The translations under genes and the position numbers were made by a program. A model generated the notes under the pieces. It ran no database searches, was not told the DNA's origin, and saw only the letters and a list, made by a program, of their open reading frames with translations. A stretch of 41,654 nt of DNA from an uncultured Thermoplasmata archaeon (GTDB lineage: Archaea > Thermoplasmatota > Thermoplasmata > JAJSAE01): NCBI GenBank assembly GCA_964552865.1, contig CAZKII010000003.1, positions 1 through 41,654 on the forward strand, given 5' to 3'. Of this stretch, positions 25,539 to 34,697 are shown piece after piece. How positions within the stretch are numbered: the first letter of the stretch is position 1; each line of letters opens with the position of its first letter.

Positions 25539-28500
25539 ATGAAGCGGGAAATCCGAAGGGGCATGATCAGCGTAATCATCGTAGCCCTTATGCTTACCGG
25601 CCCAGTTGGTGGAATGCTAAAAGCAGGGGAGGGGCCAGCTCTCTCAGGGGAAGCAACCTCATCTACTCCGGCTGTTACGGGCCCCTATTCTCATAACACG
25701 GAGGATGTCCGGACTGTAATAGTAGAACTTCAGGGAGAACCATTATCAAAGATCATGCTATCGGAAAAGGTCGCAAGCGACGGGATCACTGCTTATCGAC
25801 AATCTATAAAAGCACTCCATGAGAGGGTGAAGCGTGACATGGGAGAGATCCCTAACTGTAGGATAAAAAGAGATTATACCCTCACATTCAACGGCCTTGC
25901 CGTATCGATTCCGAAGAATGAGATAAAAAAGATAGAGGGGATGCAAGGAGTAAAGAGGGTTTATAACGATACAACAAACAGCCTGATGCTTACCAAAAGC
26001 GTTCCTCTCATCGGTGCGGACAGGATCTGGCAACTGCACGACTCAGAGGGAAGGAATGTTACCGGAAAAGGGATAGTCGTCTCCGTAATCGATACGGGAA
26101 TCGACTACAACCATCCTGACCTCGGGGGACCGGGCTTTCCTAATTCACGGGTAATAGGGGGCTATGACTTCGTGAACAACGATGCAGACCCCATGGACGA
26201 CCACAATCACGGTACACACTGTGCAGGGATAATCGGGGCCAACGGAACTCTGAAGGGAGTGGCTCCCGATGTTCAATTTCTTGCCTACAAAGCATTTAAC
26301 TCCGAAGGATATGGCTCGACCTCCAATTGCATTGCGGCGATAGAGGCGTCGGTTGAGAACGGAAGCGATGTCATAAGCATGAGCTGGGGCGGGGATGAAA
26401 AAGATCCTGACTCACCCCTCTCTCAGGCGCTGGAGAATGCCATGTCCGTGGGGGTGATATGTGTTGCCGCTGCCGGGAACGATGGTCCGGGATATAGCAC
26501 GGTTTCTTGGCCGGCAGCCCATCCAGATGTGATAGCTGTGGGTGCGACGGATAAAAGCGATAATATAGCTTCTTTCAGTTCAAGAGGCCCTTCCAATCTG
26601 GGGGATATGAAGCCGGAGATTGTAGCTCCCGGTGTGAACATATATTCAACTGTAAGAGGTGGATATGATTATATGTCTGGAACATCCATGGCATGTCCTC
26701 ATGTTTCAGGCACCTCCGCTCTACTTCTTCAGCTTCATCCAGAATGGAGGCAGAAGGATGTGAAAAAATGCCTCATGAACTCCGCCATAGATCTGGGGTA
26801 CGATACCTATACCCAGGGGCTGGGTAGAATAGATGCCTATGACTCAGCACTTTTCAACCTCAGCATAAATCCTCAGTTAATAGAGCTGAAAAATGTTTCC
26901 CACGAGGAGGTAAGTGTCCTTCTGGAAAATAACGGAAACCTTCCGATGAGCATAAACACATCTTTGGAATGTCGCTATGGCCCTGAAGAGTTCAAGGACA
27001 TAGAGCATTTTCCTGTGAACTATGTTACGGCTACCCCCTCGTCTGTTCGAATTGAGGCACACTCCAACTCTACCCTGAAACTTGTATTTGATGTCCCATC
27101 AAACGCTACCATCGGTTATTACCTCGGGAAACTTACCGTAATGGCAGATAGCAGGAATTACTCCGTCCCCTTCAGTTTCGGAGTGGGGGGAGACATCATA
27201 ATCAACAAAAGCGTAGAATGGACGAACAGAAGCTTTTTGCTCAATGGGAATATCATCGTTGAGGATGGCGGAAACCTGAGTATGGAAAATGTGTCTTTCG
27301 TCATGACAGGGCTATATTCCGGGCAGAACGGGATTCTTGTCCGGAAAAACGGGACACTCCGGGCAACGGATATCACCTTTACATCACAATCGAAGTACTA
27401 CAGGAACCGTATAACTGTGGAAAAAGAAGGGGCATTCCTGATGGAGAACTCCTTTGTAAACCGAACCAAGGGGGTATATCTTTATTCAGATAGTAGCACA
27501 CTGATGAACAACACCATAAGGCCGGACTGGAACATAGTTAGCAGCACTGGATTCGGCTTCGAACCGCCTCTTGGTGTTATGCTTTATTGCAGGGATTCTT
27601 CGCCCTATATATACAACAACACCTTCACGATAACCCCAACTTTTAAGGGAGGATTCTCCTATACAGACGAGTACATCCCGAGATTCAAAGCCATAGTCCT
27701 TGTGAACTCCAGTGCCTTTCTTTTTAAAAATAGGATACTTGCTAACGAGGTCCTGAGTGCGGGTGTCTATGCAAAGTATTCGTCCTTCATATCCAGAAAC
27801 AACAGCTTCAGCGTAAGTGCGTACCTCTATAACCCTCTTTCTACGGGAGTATATCTGATTAATTCCACTGCAATGCTGGAGAACAATACCCTGTATGGGA
27901 CTGTGCATGTAAATCTTAAGAAAAGATCTAAGGCCACATTCGTGCATACCGCTATAAGCTCTATAAGGAGGGAGGGGGGCTCCGTATACTACTCTGCGCA
28001 TTTTCTGAGTGTGCTGGTAAAAGACGGGGAGAACAATACGATTTCTGGCCTGAATGTAAGGGTTAATGATATATTTGAGAACCGCATATTCACTGGAAAA
28101 ACGGATTCCAATGGAGAGGTGAGGTGGATACTCTGCGTAGATTACAGTGTATCAGATGAGGGGAAAAGATACTATACAGCCCACGATGTAGCAGTCTATG
28201 ATGATACCGCCCATACAAGCACTCAGGTGAACATGAGCACAGATAAGGATTTAACAGTCGTTTTCAATGGAGGTGATACGCCCCCGATGAGGCCTGAGAA
28301 GCCAAGCTGCAAGAGGATTGACTACGACTCCTTGTCTATAGATTGGAGGGCATCACCGTCCCTCGATACGGCATATTATCTGATTTACAAATCGCCAGCT
28401 GAAACATTCGATTATTCCAATTACTACTTTAACACATCTATGGCCGCATACCCTCTTGCGACGAGTTTCACGGATCCTCATGCTGCAAATGACTGGCACA

Positions 28501-31500
28501 CATGGCATTATACCATTGTAGCAGTCGATGAAAAAGGCCAGAAAAGCCCTCCCTCTTCAATGGTATGGAACGGCGACTGGGCCGTGATTAATGCTCAAAA
28601 TCATGCAAACCTTACCGCAACGGTTAATGGAAACATATTGATTTTTAACGGTGGGGCTCTGAACTTGGTTAGCTCCGATGTTAAAATCAACTCTTTTGAT
28701 AAGGAGAATTTTGGGCTTGTCTCCTATAATGGGGCCGCTTTGAGCATAGAAAATACAGTGCTATATAATTCCTCATATCCTTCCTTTTTCTGGATACGTC
28801 ATAATTCCTCATTTGTTCTGAAGAACAGTATTATAAAGGGTTTTGGCCTTCCGATAAGTGGCAACTACAGAGAGCATGGGATATGGGTGTCCTCAGATCG
28901 TGCGGTAATCTCCAATACAACATTTGAAAGGTCTGGGCTCATCATGTATGAGGCCTCTAATTTTAGCGTAAGAGGGAACATAATAAGAAATAATACGGGC
29001 CTCAATGGAGAGGATGTTGTTGGGTATAGAGGAGAGGATGGGGGTACTGGAGCTGGAATATATCTTATCGACTCAGAAGAGGGGAGTCTAAGCAATAATA
29101 CAATATATGATATATTTGGTGGTATAGGAAAACAGACATATTACGCTGGTGCCGGCGGTTCGGGCAGCGGGATATATGTAAACAACTCCCACGATCTTTC
29201 CATTGCTGGCAGTTTAATCCATGATATTTATGGAGCCAATGGGGCAGATGGTTTTGATTACGGCTCCGGTGGTAACGGGGGCGTAGGTGCAGGGATGTAC
29301 ATAGTGGCTTCCTCGAGACTCTATTTAGAAAACAATTGGATCTCCAACTGCTATGGAGGTGAGGGTGGCACTGCAAATGAGGGCGAAAATGGCGAAGATG
29401 GAAGGGGAGCTGGTGTTTATCTTAGTTCTGTTGGTCGCTCTAAAATAATCAACAATACTGTAGATAACATTCGATACAGTATCTATCTTGAATCTTCAGA
29501 GGAAAACAACTTCTTTTCCAACAATATGCACATCACTCCGGGCTCTGTTGGCATCTACATTGATGCCCATTCTCTTAACAATAATATCTCTGAAACAAAC
29601 AGGGTTAATGGGGATCCTGTGATTTACAGGTATGGTGTTCATGTACCAACTACCATTGAGAACTACAGCCTTGAAAACAATTCGATGCCTACGAATTTGG
29701 GGAAGATGGCATTTGTGAGCTGTTCCAATCTTACAGTAATAAACAACACAATCAGCAATCTCACGGGAAGCGAGGTTACTAACAATGTGGCAAGAGGCCT
29801 TTACATAAGGAATGTAACATATTCTGTTATTTCCTACAACCATATCTCCAAGATTCTTGGAACTTCTTCGTCTGAGGCGCTTCACATTGACAAGTCATCT
29901 GCTGTGATATTGGCTCACAACATCATTGATAACATCTCTGCTGGAGTTTCCAGCGAGATAGGCGGAGCTGGAGGATTTGCTGGGATAAAAATTCAATCAT
30001 CATCCGATATATCCTTTTTTAAAAACACGGTGTGGGATGTAAAAGGAGGAACTGGAGGTGTTGGGAGATCCAGCACATGGGCTGGAAAGGGTGGCAATGG
30101 CGGTGAGGGGGGGATTAATATTCTTTCATCATCTGGGTTTAGAATCTCTGGCAATAATTTTCATAATATTTCTGGGGGAGATGGAGGTAGAGGCGGCTCT
30201 GGCACATGGGGAGGCAATGGCGGTAATGGAGGTGATGGTAGAATCTATATCTCAGATTCTGATATGTTTGAATTTTTAAATAATAACATCTCTGACATCA
30301 TTGGCGGATTGGGGGGTCTTGGCGGTTCTGGCAGTTGGCCGGGCAAGAGAGGTGAAGACGGAAATGGCTATAACCTTTACTTGAATATGGTTAATAACTC
30401 TGAAATTTTCAATAACTCTATGAGGGGGGGTGCAAACTGTGGTGTATATCTGCAGGGTTCGGAGAAAAATAGAATATTTTCAAATGATATACGGGCGAGC
30501 GTTTCTTCTGTTGGATTTTATATAGATAACGAATCCTTCGATAACAACATATCTGAGACAAATACTGTCAATGGTGATCCAGTTATCTACAGGTATGGCG
30601 TACATCTTAAGACCTTTATCGAGGGTTATTCTCTTGGCAACCTATCTGCCCCTACGAATCTAGGAAAGATGGCATTTGTGAGATGCTCCAACATCACAGT
30701 GATAAACAACACAATATCGAATTTTACTGGAAATAAAATGACAGAGAAAAAGGCAAGGGCGATAACTCTTGTAGATTCAAAGCTCATCGGAATCAAAGGA
30801 AATACGATAACTAGGCATGGTGCGATAGATGGTGAGGAGGTGGACTTCATAGAGGGGATTTATGCAGAAAATAGTACATCTAATATAACTCACAACGATA
30901 TCTCTGTATCAGATGGGGGCGGTATTTATTCTCTCTCTGCTCAGATTACAATTTATTCAAATAATATAACCAACTGTGGTGATGGGATAGAGATAGAGGG
31001 CCCCGCAATGAAGGAATCTATCGTTTCAGATAACTTCATAGAAAATTCCTCTAATCACGGGATATTGTGTTCACATCTATTTTATTCTAAAATAATTGGC
31101 AAACCGAGCTTTACACCGACCACGGACCTAGGTTATTTTATATGGGCAGAGAAGAGTGGTCTCTGGCATCTCGCAATCTGTAGCGGTCCCGAAATGCATA
31201 CATTTAACGGAACTATAGTTTCAGAGGATGGATATAGTAGCTTTACGGGAACTCTTGGTGCTGGTGAATATTGGATTATGACTTTGGGTTCCGAGCAGGA
31301 ATACACATTTGACATATTTATCGATGGGGAAAGAAGACCTGATCTAGTGTTTATCAGCTCTGTGGGGTGGCACCCTGAGAATATTCCTTTTGTCCTCAAA
31401 CTATTTGAGGAGAGTAATATCTCAACGGTTAAAATTTTGCGCAACACCATCATGGACTGCAACTATGGGGTTTATCAGACCATGTCTCAAAACATTATAA

Positions 31501-32879
31501 CTGCTGGAAACAACCTTATAGGTAATGAACATGGGCTTTATACAGAAGATTGTTCAAATATAACAATCTATTACAATAACTTTATTAACAATACGATTCA
31601 GGCATCTGACAATAGAGATAATTCATGGAATAACTCCTATCCCTACGGCGGCAACTACTGGAGCGATTACAACGGAACGGATATCTACAGCGGCTCGAAT
31701 CAGGATGACCCCGGAGCAGATTGTATAGGCGATGTGCCATATAATATTACAGGAAATAAGGATAACTACCCTCTTATGCAGCGTGCAGAGCTTCCGAGGC
31801 ATTCCAATGAGTATCCCGTTGGCGGCGGACGGTCCAACGCAACTCCCGTTATATCAATTCATGTTATAGATGACATGGGGATTAACAGAGATAGTATTGA
31901 GTTATATGTAAATGGGTTTAAGGTTTATAAAACACTGACAGAAATCTCCGGAGGCTATAATGTGTCTTATACTCAGGAAATCGCCCTTAAAGATGGAGAA
32001 AATGTAACATGCAGGATTGTTGCCTCCGATGTAGAGGGCCATACTCTCGATTATACATGGACTTTCACCGTGGATCGCTCTCCTCCTGATCACTCCGACG
32101 AGCATCCGGCTATTGGCGGCTATGCTTATACCAGCAAGCCGACAATATATGTTCATGTCACAGACCCATCTGGCGTTGATGTGAATTCCATTAAGATGTA
32201 TGTTCAGGGCTACAGGGTTGATTGCTACATCTCTCCGATTGAAGGTGGCTATAATGTATCTTACTTCCATGAGGGTGGTTTCTCTAACAATGAAACTGTC
32301 GAGTGCAGAATCGTAGCAGCGGATGTGTTTGCAAATCTACTGGATTTCACATGGAATTTCACCACCCAATTTGTATATGAGGATATACCTGTTCACAAAG
32401 GATGGAACCTGATATCATATTCTCTTGTGGCGAGTGGGGATATCGAGCATGTTCTTAACGATGATAATGTAATATGGGATTATGCGGAATGGTACAACCC
32501 TCTGGACACCAGCGACCACTGGAAGACGCATATAATCGGGCGGGAAACTAATGACCTCGAGACGATTGATAATACGATGAGCATCTGGCTACATGTAACC
32601 TCTGCTGGAGACGGTTATTTAACCTTAACAGGGAAGAGTCCCACATCGACTGCAATAGCCATTCATGCAGGCTGGAACCTTGTGAGTTATCCATCGCTAA
32701 CTTCCAAACTCATGTCCAATGCAAGTCTCCCTCCAGAGTTGACCAAGATTGCCATGTACGATGAGAATGCAACATATCTTGTTTCGGAGGTGGCAGACTG
32801 GACGACGAGTAGTTTTGTACATGGTCATGGCTACTGGCTTTATAGCACGGCGGACACCATATGGACTGTAGATTACTGA
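25539..32879 (+). CDS. Giant secreted S8 subtilisin-like serine protease fused to an extended right-handed parallel beta-helix (PbH1/NosD-like) region, tandem Ig-like domains and a C-terminal GWNL-motif domain
   Basis: Signal peptide MISVIIVALMLTGPVGG and an I9-like propeptide. Catalytic triad motifs VIDTGID (Asp codon 26091-26093), HGTHCAG and SGTSMACPH (Ser codon 26685-26687). More than 1400 aa of NxxIxxN beta-helix rungs, a NosD-type cap YPYGGNYWSDYNGTD...GDVPY...DNYPLM, two Ig repeats of about 95 aa (31805-32365), and a GWNLISYS / GWNLVSYP domain. No C-terminal TM. Confidence 0.85.
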   Translation: MKREIRRGMISVIIVALMLTGPVGGMLKAGEGPALSGEATSSTPAVTGPYSHNTEDVRTVIVELQGEPLSKIMLSEKVASDGITAYRQSIKALHERVKRDMGEIPNCRIKRDYTLTFNGLAVSIPKNEIKKIEGMQGVKRVYNDTTNSLMLTKSVPLIGADRIWQLHDSEGRNVTGKGIVVSVIDTGIDYNHPDLGGPGFPNSRVIGGYDFVNNDADPMDDHNHGTHCAGIIGANGTLKGVAPDVQFLAYKAFNSEGYGSTSNCIAAIEASVENGSDVISMSWGGDEKDPDSPLSQALENAMSVGVICVAAAGNDGPGYSTVSWPAAHPDVIAVGATDKSDNIASFSSRGPSNLGDMKPEIVAPGVNIYSTVRGGYDYMSGTSMACPHVSGTSALLLQLHPEWRQKDVKKCLMNSAIDLGYDTYTQGLGRIDAYDSALFNLSINPQLIELKNVSHEEVSVLLENNGNLPMSINTSLECRYGPEEFKDIEHFPVNYVTATPSSVRIEAHSNSTLKLVFDVPSNATIGYYLGKLTVMADSRNYSVPFSFGVGGDIIINKSVEWTNRSFLLNGNIIVEDGGNLSMENVSFVMTGLYSGQNGILVRKNGTLRATDITFTSQSKYYRNRITVEKEGAFLMENSFVNRTKGVYLYSDSSTLMNNTIRPDWNIVSSTGFGFEPPLGVMLYCRDSSPYIYNNTFTITPTFKGGFSYTDEYIPRFKAIVLVNSSAFLFKNRILANEVLSAGVYAKYSSFISRNNSFSVSAYLYNPLSTGVYLINSTAMLENNTLYGTVHVNLKKRSKATFVHTAISSIRREGGSVYYSAHFLSVLVKDGENNTISGLNVRVNDIFENRIFTGKTDSNGEVRWILCVDYSVSDEGKRYYTAHDVAVYDDTAHTSTQVNMSTDKDLTVVFNGGDTPPMRPEKPSCKRIDYDSLSIDWRASPSLDTAYYLIYKSPAETFDYSNYYFNTSMAAYPLATSFTDPHAANDWHTWHYTIVAVDEKGQKSPPSSMVWNGDWAVINAQNHANLTATVNGNILIFNGGALNLVSSDVKINSFDKENFGLVSYNGAALSIENTVLYNSSYPSFFWIRHNSSFVLKNSIIKGFGLPISGNYREHGIWVSSDRAVISNTTFERSGLIMYEASNFSVRGNIIRNNTGLNGEDVVGYRGEDGGTGAGIYLIDSEEGSLSNNTIYDIFGGIGKQTYYAGAGGSGSGIYVNNSHDLSIAGSLIHDIYGANGADGFDYGSGGNGGVGAGMYIVASSRLYLENNWISNCYGGEGGTANEGENGEDGRGAGVYLSSVGRSKIINNTVDNIRYSIYLESSEENNFFSNNMHITPGSVGIYIDAHSLNNNISETNRVNGDPVIYRYGVHVPTTIENYSLENNSMPTNLGKMAFVSCSNLTVINNTISNLTGSEVTNNVARGLYIRNVTYSVISYNHISKILGTSSSEALHIDKSSAVILAHNIIDNISAGVSSEIGGAGGFAGIKIQSSSDISFFKNTVWDVKGGTGGVGRSSTWAGKGGNGGEGGINILSSSGFRISGNNFHNISGGDGGRGGSGTWGGNGGNGGDGRIYISDSDMFEFLNNNISDIIGGLGGLGGSGSWPGKRGEDGNGYNLYLNMVNNSEIFNNSMRGGANCGVYLQGSEKNRIFSNDIRASVSSVGFYIDNESFDNNISETNTVNGDPVIYRYGVHLKTFIEGYSLGNLSAPTNLGKMAFVRCSNITVINNTISNFTGNKMTEKKARAITLVDSKLIGIKGNTITRHGAIDGEEVDFIEGIYAENSTSNITHNDISVSDGGGIYSLSAQITIYSNNITNCGDGIEIEGPAMKESIVSDNFIENSSNHGILCSHLFYSKIIGKPSFTPTTDLGYFIWAEKSGLWHLAICSGPEMHTFNGTIVSEDGYSSFTGTLGAGEYWIMTLGSEQEYTFDIFIDGERRPDLVFISSVGWHPENIPFVLKLFEESNISTVKILRNTIMDCNYGVYQTMSQNIITAGNNLIGNEHGLYTEDCSNITIYYNNFINNTIQASDNRDNSWNNSYPYGGNYWSDYNGTDIYSGSNQDDPGADCIGDVPYNITGNKDNYPLMQRAELPRHSNEYPVGGGRSNATPVISIHVIDDMGINRDSIELYVNGFKVYKTLTEISGGYNVSYTQEIALKDGENVTCRIVASDVEGHTLDYTWTFTVDRSPPDHSDEHPAIGGYAYTSKPTIYVHVTDPSGVDVNSIKMYVQGYRVDCYISPIEGGYNVSYFHEGGFSNNETVECRIVAADVFANLLDFTWNFTTQFVYEDIPVHKGWNLISYSLVASGDIEHVLNDDNVIWDYAEWYNPLDTSDHWKTHIIGRETNDLETIDNTMSIWLHVTSAGDGYLTLTGKSPTSTAIAIHAGWNLVSYPSLTSKLMSNASLPPELTKIAMYDENATYLVSEVADWTTSSFVHGHGYWLYSTADTIWTVDY

Positions 32880-32912
32880 TTTCCCTCGTTGATGAACACA
32901 TCTGCCCGCAAC

Positions 32913-32921
32913 CTATAAATA
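32913..32921 (+). promoter_or_regulatory. TATA box for the fprA-ferritin-rubrerythrin-like operon
   Basis: CTATAAATA is centred about 40 nt upstream of ATG 32957. The predicted short leader contains AGGAGTG SD (32944-32950). Confidence 0.4.
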
Positions 32922-32956
32922 CCGTATCCTCCTTCTCAAACTCAGGAGTGTTAAAA

Positions 32957-34150
32957 ATGCCACAAATTGAGATTGTGAAGGGTGTCTATTCCGTTGGAGC
33001 GATAGACTGGGACCGGACGGTGTTCGACGAGTTGATACCTCTCCCCGAAGGGACAAGTTACAACGCTTATCTTATAAAGGGGAGCGAGAAGACGGCCCTT
33101 ATAGACACGGTTGACCCCGCAAAGACCGATGTTCTCTTGGCCAATCTGAAAAAGGCCGGTGTCGAAAGAATAGATTATATCGTGGCCAGCCATGCGGAGC
33201 AGGACCACTCCGGCTCCATACCAGCTGTTCTGGAGAAATATCCCGATGCGGTCGTGGTGACCAACGCCAAGTGCAGAGGCTTTCTCATGGACCTTCTTCA
33301 TATTCCAGAAGGGAAGTTCGTCGAGGTCAAGGACGGAGAGGAGCTCTCTCTCGGTGACAGAACCCTGCGCTTCCTCTTCACGCCCTGGGTCCACTGGCCC
33401 GAGACCATGAGCACATATCTGGTTGAGGACAGGATCCTGTTCACCTGCGACTTCTTCGGCTCGCACCTCGCCACCAGTAAACTCTTCGCCGAGGACCACT
33501 ACGATGTTTACACCGGTGCGAAGCGGTACTATGCCGAGATAATGATGCCGTTTCGAACCATCATAAGGAAGAATGTGGCCATGGTGGAGGAACTGAACCC
33601 TGCCATAATCGCACCCAGTCACGGACCCCTCTACCGCAATGTCTCGTTCATAATAGACGCCTACAAGGAGTGGCTCTCCGACGATACTCTGGAGAATATG
33701 GTGGTCATCGGTTATGTGTCCATGCACGACAGCACGAGGATTATGGCCGAGAGACTGGCTTCCTCGCTCATAGAGAGAGGCGTTCATGTGAAGATGTTCA
33801 ACCTCGTGACTGGGGACACAGGAGAGTTTGCCATGTCCCTCGTGGACGCCGCCACCCTTATAATCGCCACACCCACGGTCCTCTCCGGACCCCATCCCGC
33901 CGCCCTCTACGCGACATATCTTGCCAGTGCTCTCCGCCCGAAGATGAAGTTCTTCGGGATCATGGGCTCCTACGGCTGGGGGGGCCGAACCGCGGACATC
34001 CTCAATGGTATCATGTCCCTAAAGGTGGAGCGGCTGGAACCGCTTCTGATAAAGGGCCTACCCGACGAGGATGGTCTCAAAAAGGTGGAGGAAATGGCGG
34101 AGAACATACGAAGGCTTCACGAAGAGGCCGGACTCATCAAGCCGGAGTAA
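32957..34150 (+). CDS. fprA: Flavodiiron protein (FprA / A-type flavoprotein; metallo-beta-lactamase plus flavodoxin domains)
   Basis: GVYSVGAIDWDRTVFDEL..P.GTSYNAYLI, the diiron motif HAEQDHSG and a C-terminal flavodoxin-like domain. SD AGGAGTG lies before ATG 32957. The track ORF start at 32861 lies inside the preceding gene. Confidence 0.88.
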   Translation: MPQIEIVKGVYSVGAIDWDRTVFDELIPLPEGTSYNAYLIKGSEKTALIDTVDPAKTDVLLANLKKAGVERIDYIVASHAEQDHSGSIPAVLEKYPDAVVVTNAKCRGFLMDLLHIPEGKFVEVKDGEELSLGDRTLRFLFTPWVHWPETMSTYLVEDRILFTCDFFGSHLATSKLFAEDHYDVYTGAKRYYAEIMMPFRTIIRKNVAMVEELNPAIIAPSHGPLYRNVSFIIDAYKEWLSDDTLENMVVIGYVSMHDSTRIMAERLASSLIERGVHVKMFNLVTGDTGEFAMSLVDAATLIIATPTVLSGPHPAALYATYLASALRPKMKFFGIMGSYGWGGRTADILNGIMSLKVERLEPLLIKGLPDEDGLKKVEEMAENIRRLHEEAGLIKPE

Positions 34151-34175
34151 TACGGAAATAAAAGGAGGAATGAAA

Positions 34176-34688
34176 ATGATATCGAAGAAGATGGAAGAAG
34201 CGCTTAACGACCAGATAAACGAGGAGTTCTACTCGTCGTACCTCTATCTCTCCATGGAGGCCTATTTCGAGGCCCAGAACCTTAAGGGGTTCGCCAACTG
34301 GATGCATGTCCAGTATCTGGAGGAGATAGAGCACGGGATGAAGATCTACAACTATATCAACGAGAGAGGGGGGACAGTGAAACTGAAGGCGATAGCCGAG
34401 CCCCCGAAGACATGGAAATCGCCCCTGCATGTATTTGAAGAGACCCTGAAGCACGAGAAGCACATAACCGAGCGTATAAATTACCTGGTGAATCTGGCCG
34501 AGAAGGAGAAGGACCGCGCCACATTCAACTTCCTGCAGTGGTACATAGACGAGCAGGTGGAAGAGGAAGGGAACGACGAGGAGATAATAGCCAATCTGAA
34601 GCTCATCGGCAAGGATGGCAGAGGTCTTCTCATGCTGGACAGGGAACTGGCTCAGAGGGTTTACACCCCGCCGCCTGCGTCGGAGTGA
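34176..34688 (+). CDS. Ferritin (non-haem, Ftn-type)
   Basis: LNDQINEEFYSSYLYLSMEAY....GFANWMHVQYLEEIEHGMKIYNY and WYIDEQVEEE ferroxidase-centre residues. AGGAGG at 34163-34168. The start is ATG 34176 (or 34170). Confidence 0.88.
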   Translation: MISKKMEEALNDQINEEFYSSYLYLSMEAYFEAQNLKGFANWMHVQYLEEIEHGMKIYNYINERGGTVKLKAIAEPPKTWKSPLHVFEETLKHEKHITERINYLVNLAEKEKDRATFNFLQWYIDEQVEEEGNDEEIIANLKLIGKDGRGLLMLDRELAQRVYTPPPASE

Positions 34689-34697
34689 GGCGATAAC

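Noticed and set aside
32861-34175. Extended starts of track ORFs 32861..34150, 34071..34688 and 11524..13092
   Set aside because: The extensions overlap the preceding genes or lack family-typical sequence. Internal ATGs at 32957, 34176 and 11587 have SD or TATA support and match the usual N-termini of FprA, ferritin and Wzx-type proteins.
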